Shown here: piece after piece, positions 8,600 through 17,893 of the stretch | Numbering within the stretch: position 1 is the stretch's first letter | Layout: every line of letters begins with the position of its first letter | Origin: Prasinococcaceae sp. CCMP 1430 | Lineage: Eukaryota > Plantae > Prasinodermophyta | Reading direction: 5' to 3' | Length of the DNA stretch: 23,738 bases | NCBI GenBank assembly: GCA_013416795.1 | Contig: RQSC01000017.1 | Location: 167,967 to 191,704, forward strand | The notes under the pieces: model-generated | What the model was told of the DNA's origin: nothing | Databases searched by the model: none | What the model saw: the letters and a program-made list of their open reading frames with translations, nothing else | Translations under genes and position numbers: made by a program

Positions 8600-11571
8600 A
8601 TGGCGCGAGCGGTGGCGTGCGCGGCGCTGCCCTCCCCCGTCACCTGGGGGGGGGGGGGAGGAAGGCGCCGCCCCAGCGCGCGCGCTACTGCGGCGGCGGA
8701 CGCAGCGCCCCTCGAAGTCGGCGAGTGGAGGCACGATCGGCGCGGAGGCGCGCTGCGTGCACCGCAGGCGATGGCGCGCCGGCGCAGGCTCCCGCCGCGG
8801 CGGAGACTGGCTCGCGGACGCGGGGCGGCGGCGGCAGGCCGGACGGCCCGTTTCGCGTGGCCCTCATCTGCGGCGGGCCGAGCGAGGAGCGTGGTATCTC
8901 ACTGAACTCTGCGCGGTCCGCTCTCGATCACCTCGAGTCCGATGCCGTCGTGGTCGACACCTACTACATCGACGCGGCCATGCGCGCGTGGGCTCTCTCG
9001 CGCGCGCAGATGTACTCAAACACCCCCGAGGACTTCGACTACATCCTGTCAGGGAACGGAGCGGCAGGCGAGGGCGCTGCAGAAGGCTCGCCCGGCAGCA
9101 TGTTCGAGAGCCTGGACGCGATGGGCGCGCACATTGCGGCGACGGCAGACATCGCGTTTCCGGTGATGCATGGCAAGTTCGGCGAAGACGGCGGTGTGCA
9201 GGAGCTCCTCGAGCGTGCTGGGGCGCCCTTTGTGGGCACGGGAGCAAGCGCGGCGCGGGTGGCCTTCGACAAGTTCGAGGCTGCACGCGTCCTCAGAAGC
9301 GCGGGCTTCGCAGCGCTGCCATCTGCGCTTCTGGAAGGCCCAACTGAGCAAGACGACGAGGCTGCTGCGCGCACGTTCTTCGCCGCGCAAGGCCTCGACG
9401 ACGCGTCCGGGCGAGTTGTGGTGAAACCGTGTCGCGCTGGAAGCTCGGTCGGTGTGCGCGTGTGCCGGGGCGTGCGCGAGGCGGCCGCGCACGCTACAGG
9501 TCTGCGCGACTCCGGCGTTGACGATCGCAGCGTGCTGGAGATGTTCGCTGACGGCGGGCGGGAATTCACGGTGATTGCACTCGGAGGGTGCGGGCCCAGC
9601 GGCGGCGACGCCGTTGCCCTCCTGCCCACCGAGGTGGAGATTCTTCGCGATGGATGCTTGGACGAGGGAGCAGAATCGCCCGATGGTAGTGACGAAATGA
9701 TCTTCAATTACAGGCGCAAGTACCTCCCAACGAGCCAGGTGAGGTACCACACACCGCCGCGCTTCGCGGACCGCACGACGGCGATTGTGCGGGCCGGTGC
9801 TGCCGAGCTCTTCCGCACGCTTGGACTGCGCGACATGGCCCGTGTGGACGGTTGGGTGCTCCCGCCTTCGTTCTCAGCGGCATGTGTCCCCCCTGAGGGC
9901 GTGGGGGGGGAGGGTGATGGCGCGCCCGTGGTGGTGTTCTCAGATGTGAACCTCGTGAGTGGCATGGAGCAGACAAGCTTCCTCTTCCAGCAGGCGGCCG
10001 AGGCGGGCATGTCACATGGCGATGTGCTCAGGGCTGCGCTGCGCTCGGCGTGCGCTCGGGCTGAGCTCGCGCTGCCTGTGGCGCCCGCGCTCGATGCGCC
10101 CCCTCAGGCAGATGCCGAGCAGCAGACGGCAGCTTCATGTGCGAACGGCAGCGCCCGGAAGCAGCTGGTGTACGTGCTCTTCGGCGGTGGCACCAGCGAG
10201 CGCCAGGTGTCCCTCATGAGTGGCACAAACGCATGGCTCAAGCTTTCTTCCTTCGACGACGTCGATGCGCGCCCTTTCATGCTGGATGCGCACGACATCG
10301 CGTGCGAACAAGGAGGCGAGATCGATGCGCTGCGGCGCCGCAGCGTACTGCGTCTGCCGTACGGTACCGTGCTGCGCCACACCGTCGAGGAGGTTGCAGC
10401 TGCTGCCGACGCAGTGATGGAGCCCGAGCGCGCGGCGACGATACGTGCAGCGCGAGCGGCGGCCTCTGCGGAGCTTGCACTGCCCCCGGAGTCGCTCTCC
10501 GTGGACGCCAACGCTTCCCCGGAGCGCACGACGCTCGGAGCACTGCTCGAAGAGGCGGCCGCGATGCGCGCAGTGGTTTTCATCGCTGTGCACGGCGGGC
10601 CGGGCGAGGATGGCCGTCTGCAGCGCGCGTGCGAGGCCATGGGCGTTGCGCACACGGGACCCGGTCCGGAGGCATCGATGCTCTGCATGGACAAGGTTGC
10701 AACGGGCGAGTGCATCACGCGGGCGGCCTTGGCGGGTCGGGTGTCCACCGCGCTCAAGGCTACGCGGGCGCACGCCGACCTCGCTGGACTGAGCGTGGAG
10801 GGCGCGGAGGGATGGTGGAGCGGTCTGCGCGCTGAGCTGTGGCCGTCGGCGGGTGCTGACCAGGCCACAGCTTTATGCATCAAGCCATCGGGAGATGGGT
10901 GTTCAACGGGCGTCGCACGTCTAACTGGCGCACGCGACCTGCACGCCTTCGCGCGCCTTGCAGGCGCAGGCGCGCCGCGCATCCCGGAGAACGCGCTGCC
11001 CGGTCTTGCACCGCACGCTGCGATCGAGCTCCCGCCAGAACCGCCTGCCGCGTGGCTGTTCGAGCCCTTTGTCGAGACGGACTCGATCACGATGGTGCGT
11101 GACCCGGCGTCGGGCGACACCACCATCGAGTGGGAGGGTCACAGCAGATGGGTGGAAGTGACGGTGGGCGTCTGGGGCCAAGCGGGGAGCATGCGCGCAC
11201 TCAGCCCGAGTGTGACCGTTCGCGAGATGGGTGCGGTGCTATCGCTCGAGGAGAAGTTTCAGGGCGGCACGGGCATCAATCTCACGCCGCCGCCGCCGAG
11301 CATTGCATCGTCGCACATCATTGAGATCGCCAAGAAGAACATCGAGCTGGCTGCGTCGACGCTTGGCATCGAGGGCTTCTCGCGCCTCGATGCATTTCTG
11401 CATGTGGACACCGGCGAGGTCATGATCATCGAAGCAAACACAGTCCCGGGCATGACGCCGAGCACGGTGCTCTTCCACCAGGCACTTGCTGAGGACCCGC
11501 CCATTGACCCGCGATTCTTCTTTCGCCGCGTGGTCGAGCTCGCGGTCGAGAGGCACGAACGCTCGGCTTGA
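8600..11571 (+). CDS. ddl: Plant-type tandem-domain D-alanine-D-alanine ligase, probably plastid-targeted (start inferred across a likely frameshift)
   Basis: Two Ddl modules: ICGGPSEERGISLNSA..HGKFGEDG..VKPCRAGSSVG..YRRKY..ARVDG, and FGGGTSERQVSLMSG..HGGPGEDG..IKPSGDGCSTG..EEKF..SRLD..EANTVPGM. There is no in-frame ATG before the first motif (8851). The ATG at 8600 is one frame off, across a G13 run (8646-8658). Confidence 0.92.
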
Positions 11572-11602
11572 GCGCGTGAGCCATGGCGAGCGCGGCGGTC
11601 CA

Positions 11603-11607
11603 TGTAA
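11603..11607 (+). terminator. TGTAA polyadenylation signal after ddl (also 12929, 21612 on +; 5110 on -)
   Basis: The UGUAA signal is established for chlorophytes. Each copy lies about 25-85 nt after a stop codon on the coding strand. Confidence 0.6.
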
Positions 11608-11918
11608 AGTGACAAAACGTAATGATTGTACTTGCTCTTTCCAATATGCACGCACCAAGGGCTCTGCCGACGGCTGAGCGACGTCGTTGGCGGCTAGAGG
11701 GTGCCAGAAGGGGGCGGCTGGACTGTGGGCCTGCTCGCTGGGCTGTACGCTGAGTTGCGTCCCTGTTGCTCCCCCGGCTCGAGCGCGCTGATGGCACGCG
11801 AGGAGCGCCGTGAGCGCACGCACACCCGATTCCACAGCTGCCGCTCCCAGCGGACTCGCGAAGCACGTTCTGTATATGTATTTTTTCTGTTATACGAATA
11901 GACAAAGAGGCGCGCAGC

Positions 11919-12008
11919 TTACTTGGTGGTGGTCTTGACCACCTTGCCGAGCATGACGGCGGTGTTGCCGTCGAGGAAAGCAATGCGCGACAGGCCCTCG
12001 CAGTTCTT
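11919..12008 (-). pseudogene. EFL: 3'-terminal 90 nt of a second EFL copy (fragment or collapsed paralog)
   Basis: Encodes KNCEGLSRIAFLDGNTAVMLGKVVKTTTK*. 11974-12008 is identical to 13105-13139, and the flank resembles the main EFL 3' UTR. Confidence 0.85.
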
Positions 12009-12887
12009 TCGATAGCACGACCACCCCCCCGAACAACACCGCGGAGACCTACAAATACGGCTGCAGCGGCGGGCGAGGCCGCGGAGACACAGGCAGCGCC
12101 GGTCGTCGTGCTTCCAGGTCTGGGCAACAACGCCGCCGACTATGAGCCACTGGTGCGCGCACTGCGCGGCGGTGACAGTGAAGGCCGACGCGTGCACGTG
12201 TGCGACGTCAAGAGGTATGACTGGGCGCGCAACGCCGCGGGCCTCACGGACATCAATTACTGGCGTGGCACGCTGTCGCCGCGGCCGACGGTTGACTGGT
12301 ACCTCCGATACATTGACGAGGCGGTGGATGAAGCGTTGGGTGCTGCCGCAGGCGATGGTGACGGCAAGGTCGTGCTCCTCGCGCACTCGGCCGGCGGCTG
12401 GCTGGGCCGCGTGTGGATGGCTGCGCGGCAGGGCGGCACGGAGGAGCTCAACGCCACGCGCGTCAGCCGCTTCGTCAGCCTTGGCTCGCCGCACCGCCCG
12501 CCGCCGGCGGACGCGGCCGGAATCGTCGACCAGACGCGCGGGATCCTCACTTTCGTCGAGGACAACTATCCCGGTGCGCATCACGCAGGGGTCGAGTACG
12601 TCACCGTCGCGGGCACGTACATCCGCGGTGCCGAGCTGCCCTTGCCCGAGGGTGCGTCGCTCCTGGACAATGTGCCCTCCCTGGTCGCGGGATTTGGCTA
12701 CAAGCAGGTGTGCGGCAGCGGCACCGCTGATGGTGATGGCATCACACCGGTGCAGGCGGCGCACCTGCCCGGCGCGACGAATGTCGACATCGAGGGGTGC
12801 TACCACTCGCCGCTGGGCGCGGCGGAGGGCCGCGCGTGGTACGGAGACGAGCAGTTCCTCGAGCAGTGGGTCCACCACCTAGGATGA
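12009..12887 (+). CDS. Alpha/beta hydrolase (lipase/PGAP1-like, plant-cyanobacterial family), 5'-truncated
   Basis: PVVVLPGLGNN..WARNAAGL..YWRGTL.PRP..DWYL..AHSAGGWLGR (nucleophile elbow)..LGSPH..DQTRG..GDGITP..YHSPLG..WY. The frame is open back to the EFL fragment with no ATG. TGTAA at 12929-12933. Confidence 0.85.
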   Translation, partial: SIARPPPRTTPRRPTNTAAAAGEAAETQAAPVVVLPGLGNNAADYEPLVRALRGGDSEGRRVHVCDVKRYDWARNAAGLTDINYWRGTLSPRPTVDWYLRYIDEAVDEALGAAAGDGDGKVVLLAHSAGGWLGRVWMAARQGGTEELNATRVSRFVSLGSPHRPPPADAAGIVDQTRGILTFVEDNYPGAHHAGVEYVTVAGTYIRGAELPLPEGASLLDNVPSLVAGFGYKQVCGSGTADGDGITPVQAAHLPGATNVDIEGCYHSPLGAAEGRAWYGDEQFLEQWVHHLG

Positions 12888-13049
12888 CCTGAGGCTGAGC
12901 CCGCGACGGCGAGCGACAGTGCCGGGTCTGTAACAAAATGGTGACGTCACCACGCCGCGGCCGCGTGATGTCGCAGCGCGCGCGAATGGCCTGGCTCGTT
13001 GTCGATATGTGTATTTTTCTGTTTTACTTACGATACGAATGCACAAGCT

Positions 13050-14441
13050 AATGAACCACCACCAGAACTGGTGGAACGGCTCGTACTGCCGCCACAACGG
13101 CAGCAGGAAAGCAATGCGCGACAGGCCCTCGCAGTTCTTGAACGAGTCGACCACGAGCGGGTGCTGCGGCTCGAAGACGCACTGGGCGACCTCGTTCGAC
13201 TTGAGCGCGTGGGGCGACTCGAGCTTCTTGCCGCCGGTCTCCTTGCCGACCTTCCAGTCGATCGCGGTCATCTTGCACGCGGAGCGGCCGCAGCGCACGA
13301 AGCCGATCGGCGAGTAGCCGACCTTGAGCTCGCCCGGGACGTCGAGGGTCTGGATCTGCGCCGCGAAGTCCTTGATGTGCTTGAGGGTGTCGTCCTTCTT
13401 GTACACCATCACGTCGCCGACGCGGGGCATGTTGCCCTTGTCGAGACCCTTGATGTTCATGCCGACGTTGTCACCCGGGTTGGCCTCCTCCACGCGCTTG
13501 TGGTGCATCTCCACGGTGAACACCTTGCCGGTGCACGGGGTGCCCGCAGTGTGGGTGGGCATGAAGATGACCTCCTCACCCGGCTTGACCACGCCCTGCT
13601 CGACGCGGCCGGTGAGCACATCGCCCACGCCCTTGATCTTGTACACGCCCGAGATCGGCAGGCGCATGGGGGCCGAGGGGTTGCGCTCCGGCTTGGACGC
13701 CATCTTCTCGACGCAGTCGAGCAGGCAGTCGATGTGGAGGTCGCCCTTGGAGCAGGTGATGTCCATGCCCTTCCACCACGGCATGTTGTCCGACTTGGAG
13801 AGCAGGTTGTCGCCCATCCAGCCCGAGATGGGGAGGACCGGCACCGACTTGGCGACGAAGTCCTTCTTCCAGCCCACGCGGCCGAGCATGTTCTGCATCT
13901 CGTCGCGGATCTCCTTGTAGCGGTCCTCGGAGTACTTGCCGCCGATGGCCGCGTCCATCTTGTTGACGCCCACGATGAGCTGCTTCACGCCGAGCAGGTT
14001 GATGAGGCGGGCGTGCTGGCGGGTCTGGCCCTGCACCTCGCCGGCCTTGTGGTTGCCCTTCTGGATGGCGGTGGTGAAGTTACCGTCGGCCGGCACCATG
14101 AGGAGCGCGACGTCGGCCTGCGCGGCACCCGAGATCATGTTCTTGATGAAGTCACGATGGCCCGGCGCGTCGATGATGGTGTAGTGCCAGGTGTCGGTGA
14201 AGAACTCCTTGGTGGTGCACGAGATGGTCACACCGCGCTCGCGCTCCTCCTTCTGGCGGTCCATGTAGAACGCGAAGGCGAACGACGACTTGCCGAGGGC
14301 ATCGGCCTCGGCGCGCAGCTTCTCGATCTCACCGAGCCCCTACGGCGGCTCGAGCTTCTACTCCGCCGGCCACCACCAGCTGAACGGGGAGTCGACGTGG
14401 CCGCAGATCACGATGGAAAGATGCTCCTTGTCGCCCGACAT
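13050..14441 (-). CDS. EFL: Elongation factor-like GTPase EFL, intronless, 463 aa after correcting two complemented 55-nt blocks
   Basis: MSGDKEHLSIVICGHVDS, DAPGHRDFIKNM, the EFL-type TTAIQKGNHKAGEVQGQTRQHARLINLLG, and NKMD. Base-complementing 14333-14387 and 13050-13104 restores [19 protein letters not shown] and DGNTAVMLGKVVKTTTK*. Confidence 0.95.
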
Positions 14442-15413
14442 CTTGAGTGTGTGTGTGGATCTGCGAGGGCGGCAGGCGCGGGAGGGCGGCGGTGCGTGCG
14501 GCGTCAGCGCCTGCGCACACCGGCGGCGCGCTGCGCGTGCTGGCGGCCCGGCGCATTTCGGCATTTTGGGGGGGGGGNNNNNNNNNNNNNNNNNNNNNNN
14601 NNNNNNNNNNNNNNNNNNNNNNNNNNNNNNNNNNNNNNNNNNNNNNNNNNNNNNNNNNNNNNNNNNNNNNNNNNNNNNNNNNNNNNNNNNNNNNNNNNNN
14701 NNNNNNNNNNNNNNNNNNNNNNNNNNNNNNNNNNNNNNNNNNNNNNNNNNNNNNNNNNNNNNNNNNNNNNNNNNNNNNNNNNNNNNNNNNNNNNNNNNNN
14801 NNNNNNNNNNNNNNNNNNNNNNNNNNNNNNNNNNNNNNNNNNNNNNNNNNNNNNNNNNNNNNNNNNNCCGCGGGCGGCGTCGCCCCGCGCGCCGCCCGGC
14901 AGCGCGGCATTCATCTCCGCGCGCCGAACGCGTTAAAAAAAAAAAAAAAAAGGAGGACCAAACGAGGCGAAAAGACGGAGGGGCCGAATTCGCGGGGACA
15001 ACTCGCGCAAGAGAAATTTCACTCCTTTTTCGCAGCCACGAGTGCGTAAACTGACCGTGATTGTGCATCCACGAGGCCAGCGCCAAATCACTTTTCGGCC
15101 ACCGCAAGTTGAGAAGAAAAATCAAAATAAATTAAAAATCAAAATCGGAGGCTGGCTGGCTGGTGCAGCACAGCGCGTGCAGTCAGGGTCAGTCGATCGA
15201 TCGATGGGACGCGCGGGGGAACCGGACGTGTTTGGGGGGGGGTGCGCTGACTCGAATTGCAAACCGCGGGTGCAAACCCAGCTTTGGTGGGGAACCGACC
15301 GCAGAGAAAAAGAAGTAGGAGACAGCGGAAGCGGAATGCGAAGGGGCGTTCAGTGTGCAGTCGGTCATTTCACTCACTCAACTTCACTCGCAGTACTCAC
15401 TGCTGTTGGTGGT

Positions 15414-15458
15414 GGTTGGTTGGATGGTTGGTTGGTTGGTTGGTTGGTTGGTTGGTTG
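15414..15458. repeat. (GGTT)n microsatellite with a GGAT variant
   Basis: About 11 tandem GGTT units, directly visible. Confidence 0.95.
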
Positions 15459-15493
15459 GATGGCGATCCGATTCCCGGATCGGAATCGGGGGG

Positions 15494-15649
15494 TGCGCCG
15501 TCGGCGGCGCGGCCGCTGAGGATCTCCTACGCCTGACGGAGCTCGACTCGGAGGTGATGCAGCTGGTGTGGCTCGGCGGTGACGACCAGACGGTGTTCGT
15601 GGTCACCGACGGCGGGCGCGTGTGGCGCTCGCAGGACGGCGGCGCCAAG
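15494..15649 (+). other. Orphan coding fragment resembling a VPS10/sortilin (BNR repeat) N-terminus
   Basis: AAAEDLLRLTELDSEVMQLVWLGGDDQTVFVVTDGGRVWRSQDGGAK contains an Asp-box (SxDGG). It ends at AAG|GTGCGC, the donor type used elsewhere in this window. No ATG upstream in frame. Confidence 0.55.
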
Positions 15650-15718
15650 GTGCGCCCCGCGCGCCCGGCTGCCGCGCTGCGCGCGCTCGCGGCGGCGGTG
15701 GGCGCAGCTGCCGGCGCG

Positions 15719-17491
15719 ATGCCGCTGTCGCACGCGGCCGCGGTCGCGGCGCTGATCGGCCTGACGTGGTGGCTCATGGGGCGCCTCTTCGGCGAGGACA
15801 CGTCCGCGCCGCTCATCAGCGTGGACGCCGGCGAGCTCGAGACCGCGGACACGCTCGACTCGTGCGAGCTCTTCAGCTGGGAGGCGTGGAAGGGCGACCG
15901 CACGCAAATCCCGTGCTACGACCCGGCGACGATGCGCTCGCTGGGCGTGATGCGCGCGATGAGCCGCGAGGAGGTGGTGGCGCGCATCGGGGCCGCGCGC
16001 AAGGCGCAGGCCGAGTGGGCGACCAGCTCGTTCGCGCAGCGCCGCAAGCTGCTGCGCGTGCTGCAGCGCTTCATCGTCGCCAACCAGGAGACGATCTGCC
16101 GCGTGGCGGCGCGCGACAGCGGCAAGCCGCTTGTCGACGCCGCGTTCGGCGAGGTCATCGGCACGTGCGAGAAGATCTCCTGGCTGCTCGCCGAGGGCGA
16201 GCGCTGGCTGCGCCCCGAGCGCCGCAGCGTCGGCCGAATGGTTTTCTACAAGCGCGCGTGGGTGGAGTGGCGCCCCGTGGGCGTCATGGGCGCAATCGTG
16301 CCGTGGAACTACCCCTTCCACAACGTGTTCAACCCGCTCGTGGCCAACTTGTTCGCGGGCAACGCGCTGGTGGTCAAGGTGAGCGAGCACGGCTCGTGGA
16401 GCTCGCAGTACTACGCGCGCGTCATCGAGGCCGCGCTCGACGCCGCGGGCGCGCCGCGCGATCTCGTGCAGATCGTCACGGGCTACGGCGAAGCGGGCGA
16501 GGCCGTCGTGACCGGGGGCTGCGACAAGGTCATCTTCGTTGGCAGCACGACGGTTGGTCGCATGGTGATGAAGTCGGCGAGCGAGACGCTCACGCCCGTG
16601 GTGCTCGAGCTCGGCGGCAAAGACCCCTTCATCGTGTGCGAGGACGCCGACATGGCGCAGACCGTGCCCACGGCCCTGCGCGGCGCGTTCCAGAGCTGCG
16701 GCCAGAACTGCGCGGGCGCCGAGCGCTTCTACGTGCACGAGCGCGTGCACGACCGCTTCGTGTCGGAGGTGGCGGCGGTGGTGAAGGCGATGCGGCAGGG
16801 TGCCTTCGCGGGCAGCGGCACGGTGGACTGTGGCGCCATGTGCATGCCGCAGGCTGCTGCCAACGTGCACGCGCTCGTGCAGGACGCCATCGCCAAGGGC
16901 GCCGTGTGCCACGCGGGGGGCGAGCTCCCCGACCGCACGGGGCAGTTTTACCCGCCCACGGTGCTGAGCAACGTCGACCACAGCATGCGCATCATGAAAG
17001 AGGAGGTCTTTGGCCCCGTGCTCTCGGTGGTCAAGTTCTCCACCGACGAGGAGGCGGTGGCGCTCGCCAACGACTGCGACTTTGGGCTGGGGTCGAACGT
17101 CTTCACCGAGAGCCGCGCTCGCGGGTCGAAGATGGCCAAGCAGCTCAACGCCGGCATGTCGTCCATCAACGACTTCTGCGTGACGTACCTGTGCCAGTCG
17201 ATGCCGTTCGGCGGCGTGAAGGAGAGCGGCTTCGACCGCTTCGCGGGAATCGAGGGGCTTCGCGGCTGCTGCGAGATCAAGTCGTACGCACAGGACATCG
17301 TGCCTTTCATCAAGACAAACATCCCCCCGCCGCTGCAGTACCCGGTGAGCGACGCGTCGTTCGCCTTCGTCAACGGCATCGTCGAGCTCTTCTACGGCGA
17401 CGGCGTGCTCTGCAGGATCCGTGCGTGCGTCAAGCTTCTGCGCTGCATCGTCACCCCTTCAGCGTACGCGCCCAAGGCCAAGACCGCGTGA
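15719..17491 (+). CDS. ALDH22: Aldehyde dehydrogenase, family 22-like, with N-terminal membrane anchor; intronless
   Basis: IPCYDPATM, GAIVPWNYPFHN, FVGSTTVG, LELGGKD (catalytic Glu), SCGQNCAGAER (catalytic Cys), EEVFGP, PFGGVKESGF. The hydrophobic N-terminus and IKTNIPPPLQYP tail match plant ALDH22A1 as recalled. Confidence 0.92.
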   Translation: MPLSHAAAVAALIGLTWWLMGRLFGEDTSAPLISVDAGELETADTLDSCELFSWEAWKGDRTQIPCYDPATMRSLGVMRAMSREEVVARIGAARKAQAEWATSSFAQRRKLLRVLQRFIVANQETICRVAARDSGKPLVDAAFGEVIGTCEKISWLLAEGERWLRPERRSVGRMVFYKRAWVEWRPVGVMGAIVPWNYPFHNVFNPLVANLFAGNALVVKVSEHGSWSSQYYARVIEAALDAAGAPRDLVQIVTGYGEAGEAVVTGGCDKVIFVGSTTVGRMVMKSASETLTPVVLELGGKDPFIVCEDADMAQTVPTALRGAFQSCGQNCAGAERFYVHERVHDRFVSEVAAVVKAMRQGAFAGSGTVDCGAMCMPQAAANVHALVQDAIAKGAVCHAGGELPDRTGQFYPPTVLSNVDHSMRIMKEEVFGPVLSVVKFSTDEEAVALANDCDFGLGSNVFTESRARGSKMAKQLNAGMSSINDFCVTYLCQSMPFGGVKESGFDRFAGIEGLRGCCEIKSYAQDIVPFIKTNIPPPLQYPVSDASFAFVNGIVELFYGDGVLCRIRACVKLLRCIVTPSAYAPKAKTA

Positions 17492-17893
17492 GCGTCGTCC
17501 GCGCGCCGCGGCTGCCAGCCCGCGCCCCGTGTTCCGCCTCCGTAATGAGCACGCGTGTGCGCACACGACCGCCGCCACTCGCGTGCTGGCACCACTCCCG
17601 GCGCCGCGGCGCGCGGTGTGACTCGCGGTGCGCACCTGCGCCCGATCCAGCGGCCCCACAAAAAACGGCCGAAAGTGAAAAAGAACGGGGGACGCAGGAG
17701 GAGATGGGGAGGGTGGGCGCATGTGGGAGGGGGAAAGGCACTGCCACACGTGGCGCGAGGTGCGAGGCGAGCGGGCGTGTGGTGGTGGCGGTGGTGGCGG
17801 TGTCGCAGGAGGGCGCGAGATGGCGCGGCGACGGCCGAGGCGGCGGCGCGCCGCGCGCGCAGGCCCGCGTCAGCCACGCTCGCCGCGCTCGCA

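Noticed and set aside
12879-13104. Novel 74-aa C-terminal extension of EFL (LPLWRQYEPF...)
   Set aside because: It is produced by the complemented block; the corrected sequence stops at 13050-13052.
11974-13139. Mobile element inserted in EFL with a 35-bp target-site duplication
   Set aside because: The apparent interruption disappears once 13050-13104 is complemented. There is no transposase, terminal repeat or poly(A) tail.
15468-15489. 8-bp hairpin CCGATTCC/GGAATCGG
   Set aside because: A short isolated inverted repeat without a U-tract or other context; expected by chance.
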